Assembly (NCBI GenBank): GCA_964521295.1
Contig: CAZFRF010000001.1
Coordinates: forward strand, 270,146-334,145
Origin: an uncultured Gammaproteobacteria bacterium
Lineage (GTDB): Bacteria > Patescibacteriota > Microgenomatia > Levybacterales > UBA12049
Direction: 5' to 3'
Length of the DNA stretch: 64,000 bases
The notes below the pieces were generated by a model, which was not told where the DNA came from, ran no database searches, and was given only the letters and a program-made list of their open reading frames with translations. This document shows, in pieces, positions 42,440-52,339 of the stretch; within the stretch, counting starts at the first letter, position 1; every line of letters starts with the position of its first letter. The position numbers and the translations under genes are program-made.

Positions 42440-42826
42440 CTAATTGGAGAGCTCACCGATATAGAAGGATTGAAGAAGAGTTTCTGGTTTTTCTTGACCC
42501 ATATGTTGCCCCTCGAACTGAGGAGTACCATCAGTGCCACAAATACCTAAAATCTTATCTGGTCCACCAGGGTGCTTACTAATCCACATAGTTAAATCAT
42601 AAACTTTATTATTTACCACTGCCCAACAACTTGATTCATCCTTATGAGACTCTACATCAGACATTGAAAATCCTTTTTTCTTTTCAGATGGAGTAGTTGT
42701 GGTTTCCATATTTGCTGGGACTGAATTAGTTTCTGGTTGACTATTTTTAGGCAAAAGCATAAAGGCTCCTACTCCTAAAACAACAATTACAGTTACTATT
42801 CCAACTAAGATAAAGTTTTTATTCAC
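42440..42826 (-). CDS. Membrane-anchored cytochrome b5-like heme-binding domain protein
   Basis: N-terminal TM helix, Thr/Pro/Ser linker, then the Cyt-b5 signature H..ESSCWAVVNNKVYDLTMWISKHPGG...ICGTDGT..F...H with both axial His positions. Confidence 0.7.
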   Translation of the reverse strand: MNKNFILVGIVTVIVVLGVGAFMLLPKNSQPETNSVPANMETTTTPSEKKKGFSMSDVESHKDESSCWAVVNNKVYDLTMWISKHPGGPDKILGICGTDGTPQFEGQHMGQEKPETLLQSFYIGELSN

Positions 42827-42871
42827 GTCAAAAGTATATAAAAAAATACAACATAAAACAATACCTAAAGA

Positions 42872-44260
42872 TCAACTTTTTAAGATTTTAATATATCTTT
42901 GATTATTTGGGTTTGTTATGTATTTATACAAAATCTTATAGGTATCATAATCAAAGATATATTCTTTATTTAAATCCTCTAAAGTTTCGAATTCATTTTT
43001 TAAACTTCCTAAATAACACCATTTATCGATAATATGGGTTTCGTTTTTATCGCCTTTTTCTAAAATAGCAATTGGATAATCATACAACCAAGATTTTACT
43101 TTATATTTAAAAAAAGCTTCTTCAAATCTTAAGTTATATTTTAAGGACTGCTCTTTTTCAACACATGCCCCTTTACAAATTCCTAGATGAGAATAAAAGC
43201 ATTCATCTTTTCCTTTCTCTAATCCTAAAAGCTTAGGGCACAAATTATTTTCTTTAGCCAGTACAAATAAAGTATCTTTAAATTGTTTTTGGGATTTAAA
43301 AACAGCTAGGATATTTTCATAATCATTAATATCTAGAGAATCTAAAACTCTTGGTTCCAGACTTAAATATCCATTACCTATTTTTTTCCTCAGTACAACT
43401 ATCATCTTACGAGAATCTCTTAACATTCTATTGTAAATGGGTTTATGTTTTTTAATTAATGATGACTCTAAGAGTAAAGCGCCTAATTCACCAGCAGTTG
43501 TAATCGCCTCGATTGATCTAATATTTTGTGAGATCTTCATTTCTTTTGCTGAAGAATGGTCGCTTGCAAAATGCGATAATACACGCTCTTTAATATTAAT
43601 GCTTTTACCAATATATATTGGGGTTCCTTCGTCTGAGTAAAAAATATACACACCTGAACTTTCAGGCAACTTTTCAACTAAACTCAAGGATAAATATGCT
43701 GGAACTGAAACCCTACTTAAGAGTTTATCTACAGTTTTCTCAAACACTTCTGGATTAATATGTTTTTGAGATTTTTTGTAAAATTCGTAAATAACCTTTG
43801 CATCATCAAACGCTCTGTGTCTCTTTTCACATTTAATATTGAAATTGGCGATTATACTATCTAAATTATATTTTTTAAGCCCAGGGTACAAAGCACGAGC
43901 AAGTTTTACAGTGCATAGCTGTTTAGCGGTAAAATTTATTCCCATTCTTCTTAATTCATTTTTAATAAATGCGTAGTCAAATCTTACGCTATGCGCAATA
44001 AATACAGAATCTTTCAAAATCTCTATAACCTCTTCTTTTATTTCAAAAAAAGTTGGTGCGTCTTCTAAATCTGAATACTTAATTCCAGTAAGCATTTCTA
44101 TATATGGATCCATGCGCATTTGTGGATTAACTAAGGTTTTGTACTTTTTGGTTATCTTTCCATTCTCAACTTTAATTATCCCGATTTCAATTATCCTGGA
44201 ATAAGTAGGACTCATTCCTGAAGTTTCCACATCAATAAAGCATAGGGATTTAGGTAACAT
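42872..44260 (-). CDS. DEDDh 3'-5' exonuclease (DnaQ-like) fused to a GIY-YIG / UvrC-N-terminal-like (Cho-like) nuclease
   Basis: Exo I FIDVETSG, Exo II FIAHSVRFD and Exo III HRAFDDAK motifs. GIY-YIG GVYIFY...IYIGKS...RVLSH follows, then a UvrC-like Cys cluster CPKLLG..C..HLGICKGAC. 462 aa. Confidence 0.75.
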   Translation of the reverse strand: MLPKSLCFIDVETSGMSPTYSRIIEIGIIKVENGKITKKYKTLVNPQMRMDPYIEMLTGIKYSDLEDAPTFFEIKEEVIEILKDSVFIAHSVRFDYAFIKNELRRMGINFTAKQLCTVKLARALYPGLKKYNLDSIIANFNIKCEKRHRAFDDAKVIYEFYKKSQKHINPEVFEKTVDKLLSRVSVPAYLSLSLVEKLPESSGVYIFYSDEGTPIYIGKSINIKERVLSHFASDHSSAKEMKISQNIRSIEAITTAGELGALLLESSLIKKHKPIYNRMLRDSRKMIVVLRKKIGNGYLSLEPRVLDSLDINDYENILAVFKSQKQFKDTLFVLAKENNLCPKLLGLEKGKDECFYSHLGICKGACVEKEQSLKYNLRFEEAFFKYKVKSWLYDYPIAILEKGDKNETHIIDKWCYLGSLKNEFETLEDLNKEYIFDYDTYKILYKYITNPNNQRYIKILKS

Positions 44261-44311
44261 TGCATATATAACTTAGCAAAGAGTCAAATTAAATTCAACC
44301 AAGCTACAAAA

Positions 44312-46714
44312 ATGGAAATTATAATCAGATTTCTGTACAATAAATATATGGTTCAAGGACTCTCATCGCAAGAAGCCTCTTTACGACTAAAGCAATACGG
44401 TAAAAACGAAATTAATATTAAATCTCAATTTAATGCTTTATCTATTTTTATCTCTCAATTCCCAACTTTTATCAACGGGATCCTTTTAACTGGAGCTATT
44501 TTCTCTTTAATTATCAGAAACTATATTGATTCATTTTTAGTTTTTTCAATTATGGTACTTAGTTCTGTGTTTGGTTTTGTTCAAGAATATAACGCAGAAA
44601 AATCTCTAGAAAAACTTAAAAGCTACATTAAACCACGGTCAAGAGTACTTAGAGATGGTAAGGAGATTGAAATATCTAGCCTTGAGATCGTGCCCGGAGA
44701 TATTGTAGTACTAAACGAAGGAGATCAGGTCCCTGCAGATGGAAAAATTTTATCCGCAAATCACCTAGAAATTGATGAATCTGTTCTTACCGGCGAATCG
44801 CTACCAGTAAATAAAAATGATGAAGACCAAGCTTTTTCCGGAACCACAATCTCAAAAGGAAAATCTCATCTTTTAGTAGAGAAAACTGGAATGGAAACTC
44901 GTTTTGGACAGGTAGCAAAAACACTCTCTACAATAGAAACAGATAAGACCCCTTTACAGAAAAATTTATCACAGTTAGGGAAAATAATTTCTGTTTTTGC
45001 AATCATTTTTTCTTTTTCACTCATTCCAATTGGACTAAGTCAAAATAGAGATTTAATTCACCTCATACTTCTTTCAATAAGCGCTGCTGTTTCTGCAATT
45101 CCAGAAGGACTACCAGCAGTTATTACTATTGCCCTGGCAATAGGAACCAGTAGAATGGCCAAGAAAAACGCTATTGTCAGAAAAATGTCATCAGTCGAAA
45201 CATTAGGAGCTGTCCAAGTCATTTTATCTGACAAAACTGGAACTATTACCCAAAACAAAATGAGCGTTAAAGAGTTTTGGATAAGAAAAAAAGATCAACT
45301 CAAATATCTCTACATGGCAGGTGTAATTGGCAATACCGCTTCGCTTGTTCAAAAAAATGAAATTGATAAATTTGAGGTTATTGGAGACAAAACAGATGGA
45401 TCAATACTCTACTGGATTAAAAAACAAGTTGGAGACTTAAAAACTTTAACCGATGATGGCGTTGTGACAGATGAATTTTTATTTGATCCTGAAACGAAAT
45501 TAATAACCAGTGTTTTTGAAGAAAACGGCAAAAGATATATTTTTGTAAGAGGTGCTCCAGAAAAAGTTTTGCAAATAAGTAATCTTTCAGAAACAGAAAA
45601 ACTAGAGATAGAAAATAAATTTAACGAAAACGCTAAAAACGGCTTAAGAGTTATTGGTTTCGGCTATAAAGAGTTAAAAGACAGCACTATAAAAGAGAGA
45701 AAACATTTAGAAAAAGAGATTGAATTTTTGGGCTTTGTTGGAATCTATGATCCTCCCAGAGAAGAAGCTCGCCAAGCCATCTTAGACGCAAAGGCTGCGG
45801 GAATTAAGACTGTTATGGTAACTGGAGATAATGAATTAACCGCCTTAACCATAGCCAAAGAAGTTGGGCTGATTGAAGAAAATGAAAATGTCATAACTGG
45901 AGCTGAACTTGATAAAATGTCAGACGAAGAATTAAAAAAAATAATACTAAACACCACAATCTTTGCAAGAACCAAGCCTGAAGACAAATTAAGATTAGTA
46001 ACTGCATTTAAAAATTTAGGATTTGTAGTAGGCGTTACTGGTGATGGCGTTAATGACACCCTTGCTCTAAAAAAAGCAGACGTTGGTATTGCCATGGGAG
46101 AATCAGGTACCGATGTTGCTAAAGAAGCTTCAGACATCGTTCTATTTGATGATAACTTTTCAACTTTAGTTAAAGCTATTGTCGAAGGTAGGACAATTTA
46201 TAATAATATCCTCAAAGCAATTACTTACCTTTTATCAACCAATCTCTCAGAGATCTGTTTAATCTTTTTTGCTGCTATTCTTAAAATGCCTGACCCCTTA
46301 CTTCCAACTCAAATTTTGTGGATTAATTTGGTTACTGATGGGCTCCCAGCCCTAGCGCTTGCCAGTGACAATAGGAATGCTAGCGTTTTAAAAGAAAAAC
46401 CACGCGATCCCAAACAGGGTATATTAACACTCCCTAGAATATCATTAATTACTTCAATTGGACTTTTTCTTTCAATTGTTTTAATTATTATTTTTGCATT
46501 TCTACTAAATACACAAAATCAACAAACAGCCAAGACTATCATTTTTAATCTTTTAATCTTCTCTCATCTTATACTTGCGTTTTTAGTCAGAGGTAAAGCA
46601 ATTTTCAAGCTTAATAAATTACTAATCGTCAGCTTAATTTTAACAATTGTTTTGCAATTTTTAATTACGACTACTTCACCATTAAAAGAAATATTTAAAT
46701 TGGGACTCAGCTAA
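44312..46714 (+). CDS. P-type cation-transporting ATPase (type IIA-like, Ca2+/Mg2+ class)
   Basis: Phosphorylation motif DKTGTITQN, the PEGLP ion-site motif, the TGES-type actuator motif (TGESLP), and the hinge VTGDGVNDTLALKKADVGIAMG. The start may be the internal ATG at about 44348 (MVQGLSS). Confidence 0.9.
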   Translation: MEIIIRFLYNKYMVQGLSSQEASLRLKQYGKNEINIKSQFNALSIFISQFPTFINGILLTGAIFSLIIRNYIDSFLVFSIMVLSSVFGFVQEYNAEKSLEKLKSYIKPRSRVLRDGKEIEISSLEIVPGDIVVLNEGDQVPADGKILSANHLEIDESVLTGESLPVNKNDEDQAFSGTTISKGKSHLLVEKTGMETRFGQVAKTLSTIETDKTPLQKNLSQLGKIISVFAIIFSFSLIPIGLSQNRDLIHLILLSISAAVSAIPEGLPAVITIALAIGTSRMAKKNAIVRKMSSVETLGAVQVILSDKTGTITQNKMSVKEFWIRKKDQLKYLYMAGVIGNTASLVQKNEIDKFEVIGDKTDGSILYWIKKQVGDLKTLTDDGVVTDEFLFDPETKLITSVFEENGKRYIFVRGAPEKVLQISNLSETEKLEIENKFNENAKNGLRVIGFGYKELKDSTIKERKHLEKEIEFLGFVGIYDPPREEARQAILDAKAAGIKTVMVTGDNELTALTIAKEVGLIEENENVITGAELDKMSDEELKKIILNTTIFARTKPEDKLRLVTAFKNLGFVVGVTGDGVNDTLALKKADVGIAMGESGTDVAKEASDIVLFDDNFSTLVKAIVEGRTIYNNILKAITYLLSTNLSEICLIFFAAILKMPDPLLPTQILWINLVTDGLPALALASDNRNASVLKEKPRDPKQGILTLPRISLITSIGLFLSIVLIIIFAFLLNTQNQQTAKTIIFNLLIFSHLILAFLVRGKAIFKLNKLLIVSLILTIVLQFLITTTSPLKEIFKLGLS

Positions 46715-46730
46715 TAAACAAACTTTAAAT

Positions 46731-47837
46731 CTAGACAAATATTCTACTAATTTCATTAATTTTATCTATACGTAGATGTTGCTCATCATTACTAAGTACT
46801 GCGCTTTGCTCTAATAATATTCGTCTATAAAGGTCTTCATATCGTCTACCCATAACTTTTTCATTAAAATTTTTCAAGGCATATTCTCTGCAATATTTCC
46901 TATCAATTTTATCTAAATTTAAAATTGCCTCCATCATTTCCTGATCATCTTTTACAACATATCCTGTTTTTCCATTTTCCATAACTTCTGATATGGAACC
47001 ATTATCAAAAGCCACTACTGGACACCCACAAGCCATTGCCTCAATCATTGTTAAGCCAAATGGCTCTCTCCAAGTTATTGGATTAATAAGACAGAGAGCC
47101 TCACTCATTAGCTTATTTCTCTCCTTTGTATCTACTTCCCCTATCCATTTAACCTGACCGTTATAAAGTCGAGGTTCAATATATTCTTTAAAATATTGCT
47201 CGTCTACTTTATCTACCTTGGCGGCAATTATTAAGGGAATATTTAGTGCTTGTGCAACATCAATTGCAATATGTGTTCCTTTAATTAAAGATATTCTTCC
47301 AACATATAAAATATATCCCTTTGAAATTGCACCAAATGGATACTTTTTAAGTTCTAAACCATTAGGAATCGTCTCAACGTGCTCAATATTTTTAGCATAT
47401 TTTATTTGATCTTTTGAAATAGAAACGTAATAGGGGTTTTTAAATGTTTCAATCAGTTTTTGCGTACTCGGCTTTAATAAACCATGTAAAGTAATTACAG
47501 TCGGCGTCTTGGATAAATTACCAAGTGGAGCACCATACGTTAGGTTATGATCATGAATTATGTCAAATTTATCTTGCATATCATAAACTTTCCCACTATG
47601 AATAGCGCTTAATTCATAACCCATGCTAGTATCTACTCTGGCTTCTCTTAAAGCTCTGGGATAAAAACCTTCCAGTTTTGCTTGGGTGATTGAATCTTTT
47701 GTCGCAAAAAGAGTGACATCATGCCCTCTTCTTACTAGCTCCTCAGTAAGAGTACTGACCACTCTTTCCGTTCCACCATATTTTTTGGGGGGAACTCTTT
47801 CAACTATTGGGGCGATCTGAGCAATTCTTAATTTCAT
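46731..47837 (-). CDS. Glycosyltransferase family 4 (GT-B fold)
   Basis: EPFGLTMIEAMACGCPVVA...G...E GT4 signature. N-terminal GGTERVV loop. Confidence 0.8.
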   Translation of the reverse strand: MKLRIAQIAPIVERVPPKKYGGTERVVSTLTEELVRRGHDVTLFATKDSITQAKLEGFYPRALREARVDTSMGYELSAIHSGKVYDMQDKFDIIHDHNLTYGAPLGNLSKTPTVITLHGLLKPSTQKLIETFKNPYYVSISKDQIKYAKNIEHVETIPNGLELKKYPFGAISKGYILYVGRISLIKGTHIAIDVAQALNIPLIIAAKVDKVDEQYFKEYIEPRLYNGQVKWIGEVDTKERNKLMSEALCLINPITWREPFGLTMIEAMACGCPVVAFDNGSISEVMENGKTGYVVKDDQEMMEAILNLDKIDRKYCREYALKNFNEKVMGRRYEDLYRRILLEQSAVLSNDEQHLRIDKINEISRIFV

Positions 47838-47906
47838 TTTTACTACTCTACTGTTTATAAATAAGAACGAAATTAAGCAACTGTAAAAATAACGTAAGAA
47901 GATAAA

Positions 47907-49217
47907 TTAATCGTATTTAAGTAAATCTAAAAGCGCTGCTGCGGACCAAGCCTGAATTCTGCAACTTTCTTGACCATAATCTGAACGATATGGCAAATAT
48001 TCACCACTAACACTTTTAATATATAGCTCAATAGGTGTACCAAAATATTGCATGGGCTTTAAAGATGCATCTTTTAAAATTAATGCCTCTTTGGCAAATC
48101 CCCACTTCTCTAATCCTTCATGAATCATTCCGTTTAATTTTGGCCAAAAACTTCCATTGTGATATGAATTAAAACTAGGATTGAATGTGGGTGAAGTAGA
48201 GCTCATGGTTCTAATTCCCGCATCTTTGTCAAACAAATCAGACATAAAAGATCTAGAAACAAGATACGAAACGTATCTTTTGTCTAAAATAGATTCAACT
48301 TCTTCTCCATTAATATAACTTGCCCATAATAAGAGTAATGGGTTACCTGTTATTGTTTTTATTTGATTTTTTTTACCATCTAAAGCTTGAGAAGGAAAAA
48401 GCTTGCCATTGTCATTAAACAGAAAAGCTTGGTTAAAAACTTTTTTCATATTCTTTGCTTTTTCCGAAAGCTCCAAATGAAACCTAGATGAAGGACTTTG
48501 TAATGGGTTATTTTTATAAAAATCTGCCCATAATTTAAGCGATAACCAAGCATAGCCCTGCACTTCAACTGGAGCAATAGGATAATCAGGAAAATGTCCT
48601 TCGCTATTTTGCAAGGACATTACTGAGTCTGTCCATGACTGAACTCTTAAACCACCGTGCTGTCTTAGACTTGGTAGTTCATATTCCAAAAGCTGATCAT
48701 TATCCATGTCACCAAAATTCTTAATCCAAACCAAGCCTTTTTCTACAGCTGGTAAAACTGTTAATAAGAATTCATTATCATTAAAAATTTGATAATACTT
48801 ATACAAAGCAATTAAAGCTAAGGGAGTTGAGTCTATTGAATCATAATTTCTTAAAATTCCATCATTGTATACGTACCATGGCTTTGGTCTATTAATAAGT
48901 CTTTCATACTTATCCTTTCTAAATTCATGAATAAATTTTCCAGGTTCTTCTCCGCTTTCCCTATTGATTTGCTTTCCTTGCAAAGCAATTAATTTAATTA
49001 ACGAATTTCTAACAATAGCTTGTAGTCTTTTGGTATCAACGCCATTAATATTGGGATGAGTTTCCAAGAGCCTTAATATCTTAAGACATGTTACAGCAGA
49101 ATCTCTACCAAAAATGCACCCGTAAACTTCTCCTTTGGAGGAAGCGTAGATACCTTCTTCTGTGGAGAGCTCTAGGAGAGAATTATATGCAATATTTCTT
49201 AAATCAATAAATCCCAT
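47907..49217 (-). CDS. Glycoside hydrolase, (alpha/alpha)6-barrel amylo-alpha-1,6-glucosidase (GDE_C)/GH63-like
   Basis: IFGRDSAVT and GEEPGKFIHE motifs resemble GDE_C family signatures. 436 aa, catalytic barrel only. Confidence 0.55.
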   Translation of the reverse strand: MGFIDLRNIAYNSLLELSTEEGIYASSKGEVYGCIFGRDSAVTCLKILRLLETHPNINGVDTKRLQAIVRNSLIKLIALQGKQINRESGEEPGKFIHEFRKDKYERLINRPKPWYVYNDGILRNYDSIDSTPLALIALYKYYQIFNDNEFLLTVLPAVEKGLVWIKNFGDMDNDQLLEYELPSLRQHGGLRVQSWTDSVMSLQNSEGHFPDYPIAPVEVQGYAWLSLKLWADFYKNNPLQSPSSRFHLELSEKAKNMKKVFNQAFLFNDNGKLFPSQALDGKKNQIKTITGNPLLLLWASYINGEEVESILDKRYVSYLVSRSFMSDLFDKDAGIRTMSSTSPTFNPSFNSYHNGSFWPKLNGMIHEGLEKWGFAKEALILKDASLKPMQYFGTPIELYIKSVSGEYLPYRSDYGQESCRIQAWSAAALLDLLKYD

Positions 49218-49384
49218 TAGAAATCTTATTCCAATCTATCAATCTAAGAAATGTGTGTCAACTAAATTAATGGCCTATATAAATTTTCTTACTGAAGTTT
49301 TACTTTTCTTTATTATTATTTACAATGAGAACATAAGATTTAAGTTCTCTGTCTTAAAACTCGGAATGTCCCAATTCACTTTTA

Positions 49385-50191
49385 TCAAGATGCAGCCCTA
49401 CTTCCAAGTACGGACTTAGATAATGCTTGATATTGCTCCTCTGTTAAAGGATCAGGAAGGACATCAACCTCCCGCGCTATTCTTCCATTCCTAATTGTTC
49501 CGCCCCGCTTAGCATCAAAGCGAAAAATTCCATGCTCTAGCTGAAACCGTCTTATATATTCCTCATACAATCTATACAATGTAGGGGCTTTGGTCTCTTC
49601 ACCTTCTTCTCTTTTACAAGCAATTAATTCTGCTGTAAGCCCATTAACTGCATGTCTAGCTTGATCGGGGGTTAATTTTTCTCTTGAAAAAGATAAATAA
49701 AATTCCCAACTTCTTGGATTTATTACCCCCACTATTTTTGTTTCACCTGTTAAAAGATCCTGCATGTCGCCAGCCCTTAAAGGCTCTGCTAGTGGATGCA
49801 CGCTGCCAAACCACTTATTAATCGTGGATCCATAACCTCTTTCTCTATATGCATGTAATACCACCAATCGACCCTTTGCCCCTTCCGCCAACTCCTTATT
49901 CACTGGATTAGTAGTTATTGGACCGGGAATAATTTCACCAGCTTCTGAAACATCAATTGCCTGTTCCATATCTCGACTATTTCTACCCTGATTATCATGC
50001 CAAAGTTCAGATGCCAGATTGCGACAAATTCCCCTTAAAGGTCCTAATCTTATTTCTGTAAATCTAGCAAGAGCCCCTGGGCTAGATTCGCCAAAAAAAA
50101 TACCAGCTAATGCTGGTATTGAAATAGCGCTGCCGGCTTTTTGCCGTTCTAAAGGCGGAATAAATATTTCTCTTTCTCGTAAAATTGCCAC
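49385..50191 (-). CDS. Hypothetical protein, compositionally atypical (GC-elevated)
   Basis: 268-aa uninterrupted ORF with visibly higher GC than its neighbours. Arg/Glu/Gly-rich. No recognisable domain. Confidence 0.4.
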   Translation of the reverse strand: MAILREREIFIPPLERQKAGSAISIPALAGIFFGESSPGALARFTEIRLGPLRGICRNLASELWHDNQGRNSRDMEQAIDVSEAGEIIPGPITTNPVNKELAEGAKGRLVVLHAYRERGYGSTINKWFGSVHPLAEPLRAGDMQDLLTGETKIVGVINPRSWEFYLSFSREKLTPDQARHAVNGLTAELIACKREEGEETKAPTLYRLYEEYIRRFQLEHGIFRFDAKRGGTIRNGRIAREVDVLPDPLTEEQYQALSKSVLGSRAAS

Positions 50192-50298
50192 TTTATGGAT
50201 AGTAACAAAACAAAAAATATGTTGTCAAGAGATAAGTTTTAATCTAATTCATAGATCTTAAAAATGCGGTAATTTATAAAACAAAATCCTTTAGAAGA

Positions 50299-50700
50299 TT
50301 ATTTTCCTGCTTTGGGCCTATCTTTCATAGCTTGGAAACTTTCTTTGACAAGTTTTTTTACTAAGCTTTCTGGAATTTGCTTATCTTCTAAGCAACTAAT
50401 ATCTCCTGCCCCAAGCTTATATTCACTAAGCTTGTTTTTGTTATTTACAATAACTTCAGGATATATATGTAGGCGAATATATGGTTTTTTATAACTAAAC
50501 CAGGCAAACATTCCGTTATAGTAATAATCACCGTCATAGTGGTAGCCAGGAAACTGAAAATAACTTAATGTTTCTGTGGCATCGGGAACAACTTGCCTAA
50601 TCGCAGCCCTTATATGCTTGAGTTTATCTTGAACTTCAACAGGTTGATTTTTAATATATTCGTCTACTCCGCCTGGAACTATTTTTCGTTTCGTCGCCAT
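50299..50700 (-). CDS. DUF1801 (YdhG/YjbR-like) domain protein
   Basis: The N-terminal VDEYIKNQPVEVQDKLKHIRAAIRQVVPDATETLSYFQFPGY matches the DUF1801 consensus (VDEYI...P...Q..L..LR..I....P.A.E.ISY..P.F). Confidence 0.6.
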   Translation of the reverse strand: MATKRKIVPGGVDEYIKNQPVEVQDKLKHIRAAIRQVVPDATETLSYFQFPGYHYDGDYYYNGMFAWFSYKKPYIRLHIYPEVIVNNKNKLSEYKLGAGDISCLEDKQIPESLVKKLVKESFQAMKDRPKAGK

Positions 50701-50894
50701 GATTAAATTATACTAAGGAATAGTTAAGGTTACAAATCACAGATTTACAATCATATACAGGATTGTATCCATGGAGAGAATGTAATCATTTCTTTTGTCT
50801 GAGGAATGCTGGTATGTCCTAGGTATCCCTTGTTTCTAGCTTCAATAATTACCAAAAACACCTAATTGAAATATAACCTTTTTATTATTAGTTG

Positions 50895-51359
50895 TCAATT
50901 ATTATTAACTGAATTTTTCGCATATTGTTTTAACCTAAAGTGTAAAATATCGTCCTCAGACCTAACTTCTCCTAATAAGATTTTATTCATTATCTCATCA
51001 TCACCATCAAGCGATAATCCGGCCCTTTTTTCCGGAGCACTATAAACCTCTATTAAAAAATCAATAAATTCATTTTTAGATAAACTATTAACATATCTTT
51101 CATACTCCACATCATCTGGTTTTACAAACGGAATATGATCTTTTTTAGTCCTATATATCTTGTATGAAATATTCTTTTCTCTATATACTGATCCGTGACC
51201 TTCTATCTCATGTTTTTTTTCATGGCTATTTAATTCTGATTCATCAATTTCATCAAAATCATTTGTAATTAAGCTGGAATACTCTGTCATAAGTTCCTGA
51301 GGAGACATCTGGCTGTTTTTAAATTTTATATATAATCTTGCTACCCTAATATCTACCAT
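50895..51359 (-). CDS. Hypothetical protein, co-operonic partner of the TIR-like gene
   Basis: 154-aa acidic ORF lying 42 bp downstream of 51402-52319 on the same strand. No recognisable domain. Confidence 0.45.
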   Translation of the reverse strand: MVDIRVARLYIKFKNSQMSPQELMTEYSSLITNDFDEIDESELNSHEKKHEIEGHGSVYREKNISYKIYRTKKDHIPFVKPDDVEYERYVNSLSKNEFIDFLIEVYSAPEKRAGLSLDGDDEIMNKILLGEVRSEDDILHFRLKQYAKNSVNNN

Positions 51360-51401
51360 AATAAAATATCTAAAGTATTAAAATTTAAGTATATTTTAAA
51401 T

Positions 51402-52319
51402 TTAGCTTAATGCGGCTTCAAAATTAAACTTAAGTCCAGCATCCTTTAATTCCTTAGCAATATTCAATTTCCATTCACCGCTTTCATTAAAAGGTATGTA
51501 TAAAATACCCAATAAATCTGTTGGTAGTTCTGTATTTTCTTTGTATAATACACATACATTCTTTCTCTTAAGTTTTCCGACAAAAAATCCAAGTTCCATA
51601 ATTACATTTTGTCTAGCTCTTGGTTTGGCATTATCTGGCTTTTCATTTTTTTCAAATCCTATGTCATCCGGCGTTATCAATACGATTGCAAATCCAACAC
51701 CTTCAGAATAATGCTCTAATTTTTCAATTAGTGTTCGACCTCCATTAGTTTGCTCGTGTAAAATAATTGGGATTAGGCCAATGCTTCTAATATATCCTGC
51801 TACAGCTTCCTTTATTACTTCATCATGCCCATGAACGACAAATACCTCTTTATTTTTACCCTCTCCTGGATTCTCAATCGGTGATTGAGACTTGCTAATA
51901 TTATCTATAGATTCTGGAATCAAATCTAATCGCCTAATAATTGACTGTAAAGCATTTAGCTTAGCTCTCATGTCGTTTTTAAAGTTATAAATTGAATCTG
52001 AAACATCGCTAATCATAACCATAGACCCATATGAATTCCTAAATTCTTTTTTATATGCTTCATTGTCAAAAATCCTAGTTAGGTATTCTGAAATAAACTC
52101 AACCCATTGTTCCTTTTTATCCTCTGCAATTGAAACATCCTCCTCATTATTAAATTGGGAATTTTGAATTGTTTTGCCTTCTTCTAAAAGTTCTTCAAGT
52201 TTTCCTTTTGCATCCAACTTGGGAATAATTAATCTTGGCGGTGGTAATTGTGGAGATATTACTGTTCTTGCCATATATTTATTATACCACTTTGTTTTAT
52301 CAAACATCATGTCGCACAA
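51402..52319 (-). CDS. Two-domain protein: unknown N-terminal domain plus C-terminal TIR-like nucleotide-binding domain (COG4271 / CAP12-PCTIR-type)
   Basis: The C-terminal about 150 aa (about 51402-51850) read KEVFVVHGHDEVIKEAVAGYIRSIGLIPIILHEQTNGGRTLIEKLEHYSEGVGFAIVLITPDDIGF. This matches the hallmark VF(I/V)VHGHD...ILHEQ...G.T.IEK.E....FA.VLLTPDD.G of TIR-like domains. The listed start is a TTG; the ATG pair at 52305-52310 or the ATG at 52274 are more likely true starts. Confidence 0.6.
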   Translation of the reverse strand: MCDMMFDKTKWYNKYMARTVISPQLPPPRLIIPKLDAKGKLEELLEEGKTIQNSQFNNEEDVSIAEDKKEQWVEFISEYLTRIFDNEAYKKEFRNSYGSMVMISDVSDSIYNFKNDMRAKLNALQSIIRRLDLIPESIDNISKSQSPIENPGEGKNKEVFVVHGHDEVIKEAVAGYIRSIGLIPIILHEQTNGGRTLIEKLEHYSEGVGFAIVLITPDDIGFEKNEKPDNAKPRARQNVIMELGFFVGKLKRKNVCVLYKENTELPTDLLGILYIPFNESGEWKLNIAKELKDAGLKFNFEAALS

Positions 52320-52339
52320 TCCATATATTACGACATGGT

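Noticed and set aside
49162-49419. 85-aa plus-strand ORF in the GH / atypical-ORF spacer
   Set aside because: It overlaps the 5' end of the GH gene and the 3' end of 49385-50191 on the opposite strand. Its AT-rich low-complexity product makes it likely spurious.
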